From the NCBI GenBank assembly GCA_903872155.1, contig CAIQJP010000042.1, positions 83,028-147,027 of the forward strand: 64,000 nucleotides of DNA. The letters are read 5' to 3'. This document shows positions 1 to 9,230 of this stretch, in pieces. The notes beneath the pieces are model-generated. The model ran no database searches. It saw only the letters and a program-made list of their open reading frames with translations, and was not told the origin of the DNA. Origin of the DNA: an uncultured Actinomycetes bacterium. GTDB taxonomy: Bacteria > Actinomycetota > Acidimicrobiia > Acidimicrobiales > Ilumatobacteraceae. The position numbers were made by a program, and so were the translations under genes. The number at the start of each line of letters is the position of its first letter. The stretch's first letter is position 1.

Positions 1-139
1 CCAACTGCCCCGATGAATGGCGCGGTTCAAATTGGTGACTGTGTTGCACCGCGAACAATTCTTGAAGCAATTCTCGAAGCTCGCCGCGCTGCCCTTAGCA
101 TCTAATTCATTGGGCGCGAAAACACCTTATAAACGGGGT

Positions 140-1507
140 CTAATCGCCCAACACCGGATGATGACGTGCTGCTTCAAAATCACTGACATCAATCACGGCA
201 GAAATCGGCATCCCTGGCCCGACCACTGCCGATAATGCATTTCCACCACTCAACTTTTCAGGAAGCCCGGAAGTGAACACCACTAACCGTTCACCTGGGA
301 AAACTTCAGTCACAACAGCGGCCCGACCAATGGCGCGCCACAACAAATCACCGCGCGATAAGCCTGGTCGTACATTCGTGAGGCCACCAGCGATATCAAA
401 CAAGATCGATCGCCCATCGGGTCGAATCGCTTTCCCAGCAATTTCAAATCCCGTCAGTACTTTTTGACCCCACACAATTTTGTGAAAGTGATTGAGCGTC
501 AAGATTTCTTCAACGACATCGCGAATAGAGCGGGTCTCGACATTGGTGCGGGGTTGACCATCTTTGGCAACACGTTGCATTGCGCGCTCAACATAATTCT
601 CATCAGTGTCAAAACCAACGAATGATCGCGACAAACGTGAAGCAGCAAGCGCGGTTGAACCAGACCCCATAAACGGATCAAGGATGAGGTCACCTTTGAA
701 TGAATACAAATCAATACAACGCTCAGCGAGAGTCACCGGAAACGGCGCTGGGTGATTCACACGCGTCGCGCTTTCAGGCTGAATCTCCCATACATCAATC
801 GTGGCCTCAATGAATTCGTCTGATGTTGATGTTGAAACTGACGGAAACCCGCGTTTGGCTCGCTTGGCTGGAACGATCGCTCGGTCAAAACGGCCTTTGC
901 TCGCCATGATCAACCGTTCAGTTGTGTCTCGTAAAACTGGATTCGTTGGCGACCTGAACGACCCCCAGGCGCAACTTCCCGATGAGCCGCGCTGCTTCAG
1001 CCACACCACTTCACCGCGCAACAAATACCCGAGTTCGTCTTGCAAGATCGTGGTGATATCAGATGCCAATGAACGAAATGGCCGACGACCCAAATTGGCT
1101 ACATTCACCACGATTCGCCCGCCAGGTTCAAGCACTCGCTTACATTCAGCGAATACTTCAGTAAGCATTTCCAAATATGCGACATAGTCGGCCGGGATAT
1201 GGCCTTCACCTAATGCCTCTTCATAGGCCTTCCCCGCGAAGTAGGGCGGCGAGGTGACAACAAGTCCAACAGAATTGTCGGGGATTCGCGACATATCGCG
1301 CGAATCGCCTACAAAGATCTGATTTCGAACTGGGTCAACCGTTGCTGGATCGGCCAATGTCTCGTCTGCCGATATATCGGGTGTCCGAAAACGCGCGTAA
1401 AAAGCCGATGCATCATGACCTTCGCGTTTCGATGCACCAAAAGGAGATGTGGCAGTGCTGCGCCGTATTCGAGGCGCGTTTTCGCCATAATTCGACACGT
1501 CAGACAT
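140..1507 (-). CDS. Beta-class DNA methyltransferase (N4-cytosine/N6-adenine type) with an extra ~125-aa C-terminal domain
   Basis: 455-aa ORF. Motif IV 'VTSPPYF' precedes motif I 'DPFMGSGST', which is the beta-class order (N-4/N-6 DNA methylase family). Residues ~330-455 carry no motif I recognise. Confidence 0.85.
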   Translation of the reverse strand: MSDVSNYGENAPRIRRSTATSPFGASKREGHDASAFYARFRTPDISADETLADPATVDPVRNQIFVGDSRDMSRIPDNSVGLVVTSPPYFAGKAYEEALGEGHIPADYVAYLEMLTEVFAECKRVLEPGGRIVVNVANLGRRPFRSLASDITTILQDELGYLLRGEVVWLKQRGSSGSCAWGSFRSPTNPVLRDTTERLIMASKGRFDRAIVPAKRAKRGFPSVSTSTSDEFIEATIDVWEIQPESATRVNHPAPFPVTLAERCIDLYSFKGDLILDPFMGSGSTALAASRLSRSFVGFDTDENYVERAMQRVAKDGQPRTNVETRSIRDVVEEILTLNHFHKIVWGQKVLTGFEIAGKAIRPDGRSILFDIAGGLTNVRPGLSRGDLLWRAIGRAAVVTEVFPGERLVVFTSGLPEKLSGGNALSAVVGPGMPISAVIDVSDFEAARHHPVLGD

Positions 1508-1609
1508 TGAAGGCAGAGTACCGACCTCACGCGCGCGCCCGCGCGATACCTATGTCCGAAATGAAGTGCTTCGGGATAGTCCGCCAATCACTCGGCGCGA
1601 GCCATAAAG

Positions 1610-2203
1610 ATGGATGCAGTGATTGCCATTTTGTTACTCATTCCCGTGGCCTACATGCTTGGCACCTTCCCCAGCGCGGTCTTACTCGCGCGCAGTCGCG
1701 GTATCGATATCACCTCGTCTGGCTCCGGAAATCCTGGGGCATCAAATGTGGGACGGTTGCTGGGTCGCAAACTTGGGATTCTTGTTTTTGTACTTGACGG
1801 ACTCAAGGGAGCAATTTCGGTCGGCGTAGGTTTCGCGATTGCGGGTTACGCCGGAGCATTAGCACTGGCGTGTGCGGCTGTCGTCGGCCACGTCTTCCCG
1901 GTCACCCGAAAATTCAAAGGTGGGAAAGGTGTCGCGACGACCGGCGGTGCAATGATTGCGCTCTATCCCATTCTTGGTGCAGCGATGACATTGCTCTGGC
2001 TTATTACCGCCAAACTCACCAAGAAAGCATCGCTTGGTTCGTTAGCCATAGCGATCGGCCTTCCGATTACACAAATCATCATCGGTCGTCCTGCTGGCGA
2101 AGTACTGACTGGTGTTGGTCTGTGCGCCTTTGTTGTTTGGCGCCATATTCCTAATCTGAAACGACTTTTTTCAGGAAGCGAAAATAGCCTCAAGACAAAG
2201 TGA
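1610..2203 (+). CDS. plsY: Glycerol-3-phosphate acyltransferase PlsY
   Basis: 197-aa polytopic membrane ORF with PlsY signatures 'SGSGNPGASNVGR' and 'FKGGKGVATT'. Confidence 0.9.
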   Translation: MDAVIAILLLIPVAYMLGTFPSAVLLARSRGIDITSSGSGNPGASNVGRLLGRKLGILVFVLDGLKGAISVGVGFAIAGYAGALALACAAVVGHVFPVTRKFKGGKGVATTGGAMIALYPILGAAMTLLWLITAKLTKKASLGSLAIAIGLPITQIIIGRPAGEVLTGVGLCAFVVWRHIPNLKRLFSGSENSLKTK

Positions 2204-2230
2204 CGCCTTCGGCAATGACAAGATGATGTC

Positions 2231-3142
2231 ATGGCACTTCACCCACAAACCGCAGCGCTCTTACTTGCAATGGAGCAACTGAATACTCCAGCAATTGAAA
2301 CCCAAGAAGCTACCGTTGCTCGCGCTGGTATGGAAATAATGACCGCACCATCTGCAGTTCAGTTGCACGAAATTCGCGACCTCGATGCCGACGGAGTGCC
2401 CGCTCGGTTGTACCGACCAAATGATCGAAAAGACCTTGGTCTGTTGGTGTTTTACCACGGTGGTGGTTGGGTTTGCGGAAGTATCAATACACACGATGAT
2501 GTTTGTCGCAAACTTGCTCAATCAATGGGCCATGCGGTGTTGTCAGTTGATTATCGATTGGCCCCTGAATTCGCTTTCCCCGAGCCACTGAATGATTGCA
2601 TTGTCGCTTTGCGTTGGGCCTATGCACATGCCAGCGAGCTTGGCATTGACGCTTCACGAATTGCGGTTGGTGGTGACTCGGCCGGCGGGAACTTGGCTGC
2701 GGCAGTAGCCAACTTGCAACCAGTACCACTGAAGTTTCAGATGTTGATCTATCCGGTTACTGATGCAACACGCAGTTCACAGAGTTATCAAGACAATGCC
2801 ACGGGCTATCGCTTAACTGCCAACGGAATGAAATGGTTCTGTGATCACTACCTCAGCGGTTCTATAGGTTCGCCTACTGATCCGCGCGTGTCTCCGTTAT
2901 TCGCCGATGCCGTCACGCTTGCTTCTGCCCCACCAGCCATTGTGATCACTGCCGAATACGATCCTTTGCGCGACGAGGGCGAACAATACGCTCAGCGACT
3001 TCTTGAAGCCGGCGTGGCGTGTTCGTTGACCCGTTATTACGGACAAATTCACGGTTTCTTTTCGATGAGTCACTTCGTCGACGATGGGGCTACGGCGATT
3101 ACTCAGGCAGCTACTGCAACACGAATCGCTCTCGAGCGCTGA
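2231..3142 (+). CDS. Alpha/beta hydrolase, hormone-sensitive-lipase-type esterase
   Basis: Oxyanion motif 'FYHGGGW', nucleophile elbow 'GDSAGGN', and C-terminal 'D...H' (DPLRDEG, IHGF). Confidence 0.85.
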   Translation: MALHPQTAALLLAMEQLNTPAIETQEATVARAGMEIMTAPSAVQLHEIRDLDADGVPARLYRPNDRKDLGLLVFYHGGGWVCGSINTHDDVCRKLAQSMGHAVLSVDYRLAPEFAFPEPLNDCIVALRWAYAHASELGIDASRIAVGGDSAGGNLAAAVANLQPVPLKFQMLIYPVTDATRSSQSYQDNATGYRLTANGMKWFCDHYLSGSIGSPTDPRVSPLFADAVTLASAPPAIVITAEYDPLRDEGEQYAQRLLEAGVACSLTRYYGQIHGFFSMSHFVDDGATAITQAATATRIALER

Positions 3143-3171
3143 CAGGGCAAAAACATTGAATTGCCACTAGG

Positions 3172-3843
3172 TTGGCAAGTGTTATGACCGCCAAAAAAGC
3201 TACGAAATCGGCCCCACCTTCATCGACATTGGTGTTGCTCGTTCGTCATGGGCAAACACCTACGACCGGGAAACTCTTGCCTGGTCGTGCCACCGGACTT
3301 CATCTCGCTGAAGCCGGAACCAAACAAGCAGAAGCTGTCGCTGAACGTATCGCGGGCTTGAAAAAAGTGGATGCCATTTATGCATCGCCTCTTGAACGTG
3401 CTCGCGAAACTGCTGCCCCTATCGCTCGTGCTCTTGGCCTTCGTACCAAAATTGACAAGGGACTTCTCGAATGCGAATTTGGCGACTGGACCGGTGCTGA
3501 ACTCAGCAAACTGATGAAGCTTCCTGAATGGTCAACTGTTCAACGTGCGCCATCAACTTTCCGCTTTCCAAATGGTGAAAGTTTCACCGAAATGCAAACA
3601 CGTATGGTCTCAGCAATCGATCGCTTAGTTGCCCAACATCGCGGTGGAGTCATTGTGTGTGTTTCACACGCCGACCCAATTAAGGCTGCCGTTGCGCACG
3701 CCATGGGAACCCATATCGATCTCTTTCAACGCATCGTGATTAGTACATGTTCAGTTTCGGCCATTGCTTACACCACCGGTGGTCCCATTGTTCTCAATGT
3801 CAATTCGACAGGCGGGTCGCTCGGCGATCTTCGCCCATCGTGA
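3172..3843 (+). CDS. Histidine phosphatase family protein (MSMEG_4193-type putative phosphomutase)
   Basis: 'LVRHGQT' RHG motif and second His in 'VSHADPIK'. First gene of a conserved actinobacterial trio. Confidence 0.8.
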   Translation: MASVMTAKKATKSAPPSSTLVLLVRHGQTPTTGKLLPGRATGLHLAEAGTKQAEAVAERIAGLKKVDAIYASPLERARETAAPIARALGLRTKIDKGLLECEFGDWTGAELSKLMKLPEWSTVQRAPSTFRFPNGESFTEMQTRMVSAIDRLVAQHRGGVIVCVSHADPIKAAVAHAMGTHIDLFQRIVISTCSVSAIAYTTGGPIVLNVNSTGGSLGDLRPS

Positions 3844-3851
3844 GGTAGGCA

Positions 3852-4394
3852 ATGGATTTCTTCGCCGACTTTGATTTTGTTGACGTCATCACTTCAGGTG
3901 CCATTGGCGAACCTGGACGACGAACCTTTTATATTCAGGCTCGCGCCGGAGCTCGTACCGTGACAATCAGGTCCGAAAAGCAACAAGTTGCCGCAATCGG
4001 CAAATACCTTCGACGCGCTCTTGCTCATTTGCCAGTTCCAGAAGGTCAGCCTCCCCGCTCGGTCATGCAACTTGTCGAGCCAATTCAAGAAGCATTTGTT
4101 CTTGGTGCGATCGCACTTGAGTTCAACCGTGCCAACGACGAATTCGTTTTGCACCTCAAAGAATTTGCACCGCTCGCACAAAGCGACGACGAAGATGAAT
4201 TTGATGACGATGAAGACGATGAAGAATCCATCGAGGATGCCACCGGCGCACGTGCCCGCGTCAGCATGACCCGCGCTCAAGCAATGGCTTTTTGCGACAA
4301 TGCCGACCGAATTGTGTCGGCTGGTCGGCCCGACTGTGAACTTTGCGAACTCCCCATCAACCCTGATGGCCACTTCTGCCCACGCATGAACTGA
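3852..4394 (+). CDS. DUF3090 family protein
   Basis: 180 aa with an acidic insert (DDEDEFDDDEDDEE) and a C-terminal Cys cluster 'CELCELPINPDGHFCPR'. Position between the phosphatase and the SCO1664-like gene matches the known trio. Confidence 0.75.
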   Translation: MDFFADFDFVDVITSGAIGEPGRRTFYIQARAGARTVTIRSEKQQVAAIGKYLRRALAHLPVPEGQPPRSVMQLVEPIQEAFVLGAIALEFNRANDEFVLHLKEFAPLAQSDDEDEFDDDEDDEESIEDATGARARVSMTRAQAMAFCDNADRIVSAGRPDCELCELPINPDGHFCPRMN

Positions 4395-4412
4395 ACAATT
4401 CGATTTGCCATC

Positions 4413-5105
4413 ATGAATATCCTGGAATTACTGCAACACGGTGAGATTGAAGTTGAAGGTCGGATGCCGTACAGCAGCAATGCAACTTTCCTCGTCAATC
4501 TCACTTTGGGCGACCAAGTAGGTAAAGCCATTTACAAACCGTTGCGCGGCGAACGACCTTTGTGGGATTTCCCAGCTGGGCTATATCAACGTGAAGTTGC
4601 TGCATACCTTCTGTCCGAGGCGATGGATGTGCATGTCATTCCACCCACTATCGAACGCGACGGTCCTTTCGGAATAGGTTCACTGCAATGGTTCATTGAT
4701 GCCCGTTTTGAAGAGCACTACTTCACTTTGTACGAGACCCGCGAAGACCTTCATGATCAGTTTCGCAATATGGCAGCTTTTGACATAGTTGCCAATAACA
4801 CCGATCGCAAAAGTGGTCATTGCCTCATTGATAACGATGATCGCATCTGGGGAATTGATCAAGGCTTGTGTTTTTCTGCTGAGTTCAAACTGCGCACAGT
4901 GATTTGGGAATTTGGTGGAGAGCCAATTGCACCTGATTTGATTGCCAAGATTCAACGAATTGTTGATCGTCCACCGCTTGAAGTTGCGGCGCTGCTAGAC
5001 GCCGACGAAATTGACGCAATGATCGAGCGTGCTTCGATGCTTGTGCAAGGTGCTATGTTCCCCATTGATGCATCTGGCCACCGCTACCCCTGGCCCATGG
5101 TCTAA
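4413..5105 (+). CDS. SCO1664 family protein (PI3/4-kinase-like fold)
   Basis: 230 aa. 'NNTDRKSGHCLI...IWGIDQGLCF' resembles a kinase catalytic loop plus DxG. Third gene of the trio. Confidence 0.7.
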   Translation: MNILELLQHGEIEVEGRMPYSSNATFLVNLTLGDQVGKAIYKPLRGERPLWDFPAGLYQREVAAYLLSEAMDVHVIPPTIERDGPFGIGSLQWFIDARFEEHYFTLYETREDLHDQFRNMAAFDIVANNTDRKSGHCLIDNDDRIWGIDQGLCFSAEFKLRTVIWEFGGEPIAPDLIAKIQRIVDRPPLEVAALLDADEIDAMIERASMLVQGAMFPIDASGHRYPWPMV

Positions 5106-5135
5106 AAATCAATCTCAAGATTCTTGTGATGATTT

Positions 5136-6155
5136 ATGAATGACGATGACCTTGATCCTTTGATTGATCGTGCCGACCTTGATGGACTCGTGCGACTCAT
5201 TGATGCTCGTTGCGAAACTCGCGACTGGGAAGGCCTCTTTCGTATTCGCGAACGGGCCCGGCTCGCCACAGAAACCGGACGTCAAGTGTGGCCTGCCACA
5301 ACTTTGGCTGAATACCGCCTAGCGTTGCACGCCAACACTAAATGGGCCGCAAAAGTGTTACAAGAAGATGGTGGCCGATTCACGATTGGACCGTTGACAG
5401 AAGTAGTTGCGCAAAATCATTCGTGGTCAGACTTAAAGGAATTGTTGACTGATGGTCCGCGCTCGGCGTTTATTGCCCACGAGCGTGTGATTCGTGGTGA
5501 AGCAATAAAGCGTGCCGATGTTGGCGATGTCCTCGATGTTTTAGACCTTCCACTCGAATTGCAACCATGGGAACCCACATACCCAATTGCGACGTATTCA
5601 GATAACGGAATTGAGGCGCCGTCACCAAGCGATATCTGGCGCCATGAATGGACCGACATCGAAGCCGATGAAGTTTTCGATGACATGATCGTTGATGATC
5701 CGTTTGTACGTGATGCATTGCGATCACTCGTAGAGCCGTGGACTTCCTCATCAGGTGGCCGAGCGTCGTGTGTAGTAGTCGATGGAACACTCAATGATGC
5801 AATGAGTGCGCTCGGACATCAGACCTTTCGAGTGACCCCGTTAACGACCGAGCAAGCATTGCAATGGCTTGCTTGGAGCGGATCATCCGGTGGCGCCCAT
5901 GGGCGACGTCGTGGGGCTGCGCTTGGCCGCTTTGGAGTGTGGTGGTTGCTGGCCGCGATTGGTGGATTCACCGAAGAGTGGGATGAGTTGCGAGATACTG
6001 GCGCACTGAGTCACGAGGTGGGCGACACGGCCCAAGCATTGCGGTGGTTCAGGGTCGATATCGAGGGTCATCATCCCTACGAACTGAACCTGGTAGCCGA
6101 AGATCCAGATAACGCCATCGCCGTCGCCCTGATCGCCCACGACCCCGCCAACTAA
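5136..6155 (+). CDS. Conserved hypothetical protein
   Basis: 339-aa ORF filling the interval, co-oriented with the trio. No recognisable catalytic motif. Confidence 0.6.
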   Translation: MNDDDLDPLIDRADLDGLVRLIDARCETRDWEGLFRIRERARLATETGRQVWPATTLAEYRLALHANTKWAAKVLQEDGGRFTIGPLTEVVAQNHSWSDLKELLTDGPRSAFIAHERVIRGEAIKRADVGDVLDVLDLPLELQPWEPTYPIATYSDNGIEAPSPSDIWRHEWTDIEADEVFDDMIVDDPFVRDALRSLVEPWTSSSGGRASCVVVDGTLNDAMSALGHQTFRVTPLTTEQALQWLAWSGSSGGAHGRRRGAALGRFGVWWLLAAIGGFTEEWDELRDTGALSHEVGDTAQALRWFRVDIEGHHPYELNLVAEDPDNAIAVALIAHDPAN

Positions 6156-6169
6156 CCCTCCACATTGAG

Positions 6170-6218
6170 CCACTCTGTACAACGGGTTCCAACTGTCGGA
6201 ACCGGTTGTACAGAGTGG
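6170..6218 (+). terminator. Long hairpin (21-bp arms, 1 mismatch, 7-nt loop) after the 5136..6155 gene
   Basis: CCACTCTGTACAACGGGTTCC / GGAACCGGTTGTACAGAGTGG read directly. No T-tract follows on the + strand. Confidence 0.45.
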
Positions 6219-6278
6219 TAAAAAACAGCCACTTTGGAATCTCGCTACCGCTAGGCGGCAGCCAAATTCCAAAGTGGC
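6219..6278 (-). terminator. Rho-independent terminator of etfA
   Basis: 13-bp arms GCCACTTTGGAAT / ATTCCAAAGTGGC (6228-6240 / 6266-6278). On the minus strand the hairpin is followed by TGTTTTTTA. Confidence 0.6.
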
Positions 6279-6287
6279 GGAATTGAG

Positions 6288-7250
6288 TCAGCGGGACTGC
6301 AAGGCTTCGATGAGCTTGGGCAGAACCTTGTGCACATCGCCAACAATTCCGAGGTCAGCAATTCCGAAGATCGGAGCTTCCTTGTCCTTGTTGATGGCGA
6401 TGATGTTCTTTGAACCCTTCATGCCCACCATGTGCTGAGTCGCACCCGAGATACCGCAAGCGATGTAGACGCTCGGCTTCACAACCTTGCCGGTCTGGCC
6501 GACTTGGTAGCTGTACGGAACCCATCCAGCGTCAACGATCGCACGTGATGCACCAGGCGCACCCTTGAGCAACTTGGCCAGTGTTTCGATCATTGCGTAG
6601 TTGGCACTCTCACCAAGTCCACGTCCACCCGACACAACCACGTTGGCTTCGTCGAGCTTGGGACCAGTTGTCTCTTCAACATGCACTGCGGTGACCTTGG
6701 CAGTTCCGGTTGCACCGAGATCGGGGACGCTGACAGCCTGCACTGCAGCAGCTGCGCCACCTGATGCTTCGGGGTTGAATGACTTCGGGCGGAAGGCTGC
6801 CAAATACGGAGCGCCACCAGTGAAGGTTGTCGTGACCAACGTGTTGCCACCGAAGATTGGAGTGGTAACTGCAACTGAATCACCAGATGCTTCGATCTCA
6901 ACGTTGTTGGTCAGCACGGTACGACCGAGCTTGACTGACAAACGTGCCATGACGTCACGGCCTTCGTATGACTGCGGGAACATAATGAGGTCGGGCGAAT
7001 CGCCGCCATCAATCGTTGCCTTCATTGCTGATGCAACTGAAACTCCAGCCAAGTTCTGGCCGTAGTCAACTGCGAAAACTTTGCTGGCACCGTATTCACC
7101 AAGTGCACCAGCGACCGAAGCGCCGTCACCGGCTACCCACACGCTCACCGATCCGCCAAGAGTGCGAGCCTTAGTGACCAACTCAAGTGAACCTGATGTC
7201 GGTGCGCCATTGGCGACCTGAGCAAAAACCCAAATGTTGCTAATTCCCAT
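6288..7250 (-). CDS. etfA: Electron transfer flavoprotein subunit alpha
   Basis: 320 aa with the typical EtfA C-terminal FAD-binding region ('GISGATQHMVGM', 'IIAINKD'). Confidence 0.92.
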   Translation of the reverse strand: MGISNIWVFAQVANGAPTSGSLELVTKARTLGGSVSVWVAGDGASVAGALGEYGASKVFAVDYGQNLAGVSVASAMKATIDGGDSPDLIMFPQSYEGRDVMARLSVKLGRTVLTNNVEIEASGDSVAVTTPIFGGNTLVTTTFTGGAPYLAAFRPKSFNPEASGGAAAAVQAVSVPDLGATGTAKVTAVHVEETTGPKLDEANVVVSGGRGLGESANYAMIETLAKLLKGAPGASRAIVDAGWVPYSYQVGQTGKVVKPSVYIACGISGATQHMVGMKGSKNIIAINKDKEAPIFGIADLGIVGDVHKVLPKLIEALQSR

Positions 7251-7322
7251 TGTTCTGTCCGTTCTCGTTCTTTTTCGTCGTTAAGTAGTTGTCGTTGTCA
7301 GTCATCGAACCGAATGCGGTTC

Positions 7323-8099
7323 TCAGATGACCTTCAAACCTTCAAGGAAGGTCACGATCTTGCCGAATGTTTCGCCGTCATCTTCGATGACTTCACCAGC
7401 AGCACGAGCCTCGGCCTGTGCAACATTGCTGATTTGCTGACCAGCGCCAGCCCAGCCGACCGGAGTCACGCCAAGATCGGCAGCAGTGACTTCGTCAACT
7501 GGCTTTGACTTTGCAGCCATGATGCCTTTGAAGCTTGGGTAACGCGGCTCAACAACACCAGCAGTTACCGAGATGAGTGCGGGCAGCGGGCAGGTCACTT
7601 CGTCATAACCTTCTTCGGTCTGACGATCGGCCTTGAGAATTCCGCCTTCAATCGAAACTTTCTTCGCGAAAGTTACCGAAGGCAATCCGAGAACTTCAGC
7701 AATTTGCTCAGGAACAGTTCCGGTGTAACCGTCGCTTGATTCGGTTGCGGCGATAATCAAATCGGCACCACCCAAACGCTGAATTGCTGCAGCCAAAATC
7801 TTGGCGGTCGTGAGGGCATCTGAACCCTGCAATGCCGGATCGGACACAAGCACTGCTTTGGCAGCACCCATCGCAAGAGCGGTGCGCAAACCAGCGGTCT
7901 CGCTATTTGGTGCCATCGACACCAAGCTGACTTCACCGCCACCTGCTGCATCAACCAACTGCAAGGCCATTTCAACGCCGTAGCTGTCGGACTCGTCAAG
8001 GATCAATTTGCCTTCGCGCTTGAGCGTGTTTGACGAGGCGTCAAGAGCTCCGGGGTTGGCGGGGTCGGGGATCTGCTTCACACAGACGATTACGTTCAT
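7323..8099 (-). CDS. etfB: Electron transfer flavoprotein subunit beta
   Basis: Canonical N-terminus 'MNVIVCVKQIPD'. Start moved to the ATG at 8099, inside the longer ORF. Confidence 0.9.
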   Translation of the reverse strand: MNVIVCVKQIPDPANPGALDASSNTLKREGKLILDESDSYGVEMALQLVDAAGGGEVSLVSMAPNSETAGLRTALAMGAAKAVLVSDPALQGSDALTTAKILAAAIQRLGGADLIIAATESSDGYTGTVPEQIAEVLGLPSVTFAKKVSIEGGILKADRQTEEGYDEVTCPLPALISVTAGVVEPRYPSFKGIMAAKSKPVDEVTAADLGVTPVGWAGAGQQISNVAQAEARAAGEVIEDDGETFGKIVTFLEGLKVI

Positions 8100-8228
8100 A
8101 GTTCGCCATTCTTGCGGCTTGTGCACCGTTTCACACAACCCATCGGACATCTAAATAAGTGACTCCCGACCTAGCCCATCGGGTGTCGGCTGAACTCCTC
8201 GCCAAATGGGCTGGTACGGTCTCAGGCG

Positions 8229-9230
8229 GTGCGGATTCTGCTGGTCGTCAACTCCTTTGCCTCCTCGGTCACGGCGCGAAACACGGTCATCGTGCATCGG
8301 GCCTTATCGAGGCAACACGACGTGCAAATCGTCGAGACCAACCGTCGTGGTCACGCCACTCGTTTTGCCCAAGATGCCGCTCACAGGGGTATTGATCTGG
8401 TGATTTCTTTTGGCGGTGACGGCACCCTGAACGAAGTCGCCACCGGCGTCGCTGGCTCAGAGACTGCCCTTGGCGTTTTACCCGGTGGAAGCACGAACGT
8501 GTTCGCTCGCACCATCGGACTTCCGAATGATCCAGTTGCGGCAGCCTCGCTATTGGTTGCGGGACTTGAAGACCCCGAAGCAAACATTCGCCCAATTGGG
8601 CTCGGCCGCGTCAACGGGCGCTTCTTTTGTTTCCACACCGGTATCGGATACGACGCCGCAGTTGTGCGCACAGTTGAAACTCGCGCATCTCTCAAGCGTT
8701 GGGCCGGACATCCACTCTTCATTTATGCCGCGTTACATACGTGGCTCAGTAAATACGATCGTCACCATCCACACTTCAGCGTTGCTGCTGATTCGGCAAT
8801 TGGTGGTCCAGGTGGACTTTCAGATATTGAAAATCTGAACTACGACCCAACACGATTTGTTGATGATGGTTATTTCACTGTTGTCCTCAATACGAATCCG
8901 TATTCGTTCCTTGGTAACCGCCCACTTGACTTGTCGCCGGCAGCTGGTCTCGACAAACCACTTGTTGCAGTTACTTTCCGCACGATGTCCGCTATTGCAA
9001 TCATTCGTACGCTCGCCGGCGCACTCAAAGGTGGCGGAGTCACACCAAGCAAACACGTTGCGTGTTTTAACGATGTCCACGAACTCATTGTTGAAAACGC
9101 TCAACCATTCCCCTATCAAGTTGATGGCGATTACTTGGGCGAATCAACACGTTTACATTTCAGGCATGTGCCTGAAGCGGTGAAATTACTATTCCCTGTG
9201 CAGCCTGAAGTTCAGTCACTGAAAGATTGA
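8229..9230 (+). CDS. Diacylglycerol kinase family lipid kinase
   Basis: 'GGDGTLNEV' DAGK catalytic motif. GTG start. Confidence 0.85.
   Translation: MRILLVVNSFASSVTARNTVIVHRALSRQHDVQIVETNRRGHATRFAQDAAHRGIDLVISFGGDGTLNEVATGVAGSETALGVLPGGSTNVFARTIGLPNDPVAAASLLVAGLEDPEANIRPIGLGRVNGRFFCFHTGIGYDAAVVRTVETRASLKRWAGHPLFIYAALHTWLSKYDRHHPHFSVAADSAIGGPGGLSDIENLNYDPTRFVDDGYFTVVLNTNPYSFLGNRPLDLSPAAGLDKPLVAVTFRTMSAIAIIRTLAGALKGGGVTPSKHVACFNDVHELIVENAQPFPYQVDGDYLGESTRLHFRHVPEAVKLLFPVQPEVQSLKD

Noticed and set aside
4183-4236. GAT/GAC/GAA-rich tracts as possible DNA tandem repeats or a CRISPR-like array. Others occur at 15571..15630, 27062..27120 and 52405..52465.
   Set aside because: All lie in frame inside coding sequences and encode poly-Asp/Glu tails or linkers. 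There is no spacer/repeat architecture.
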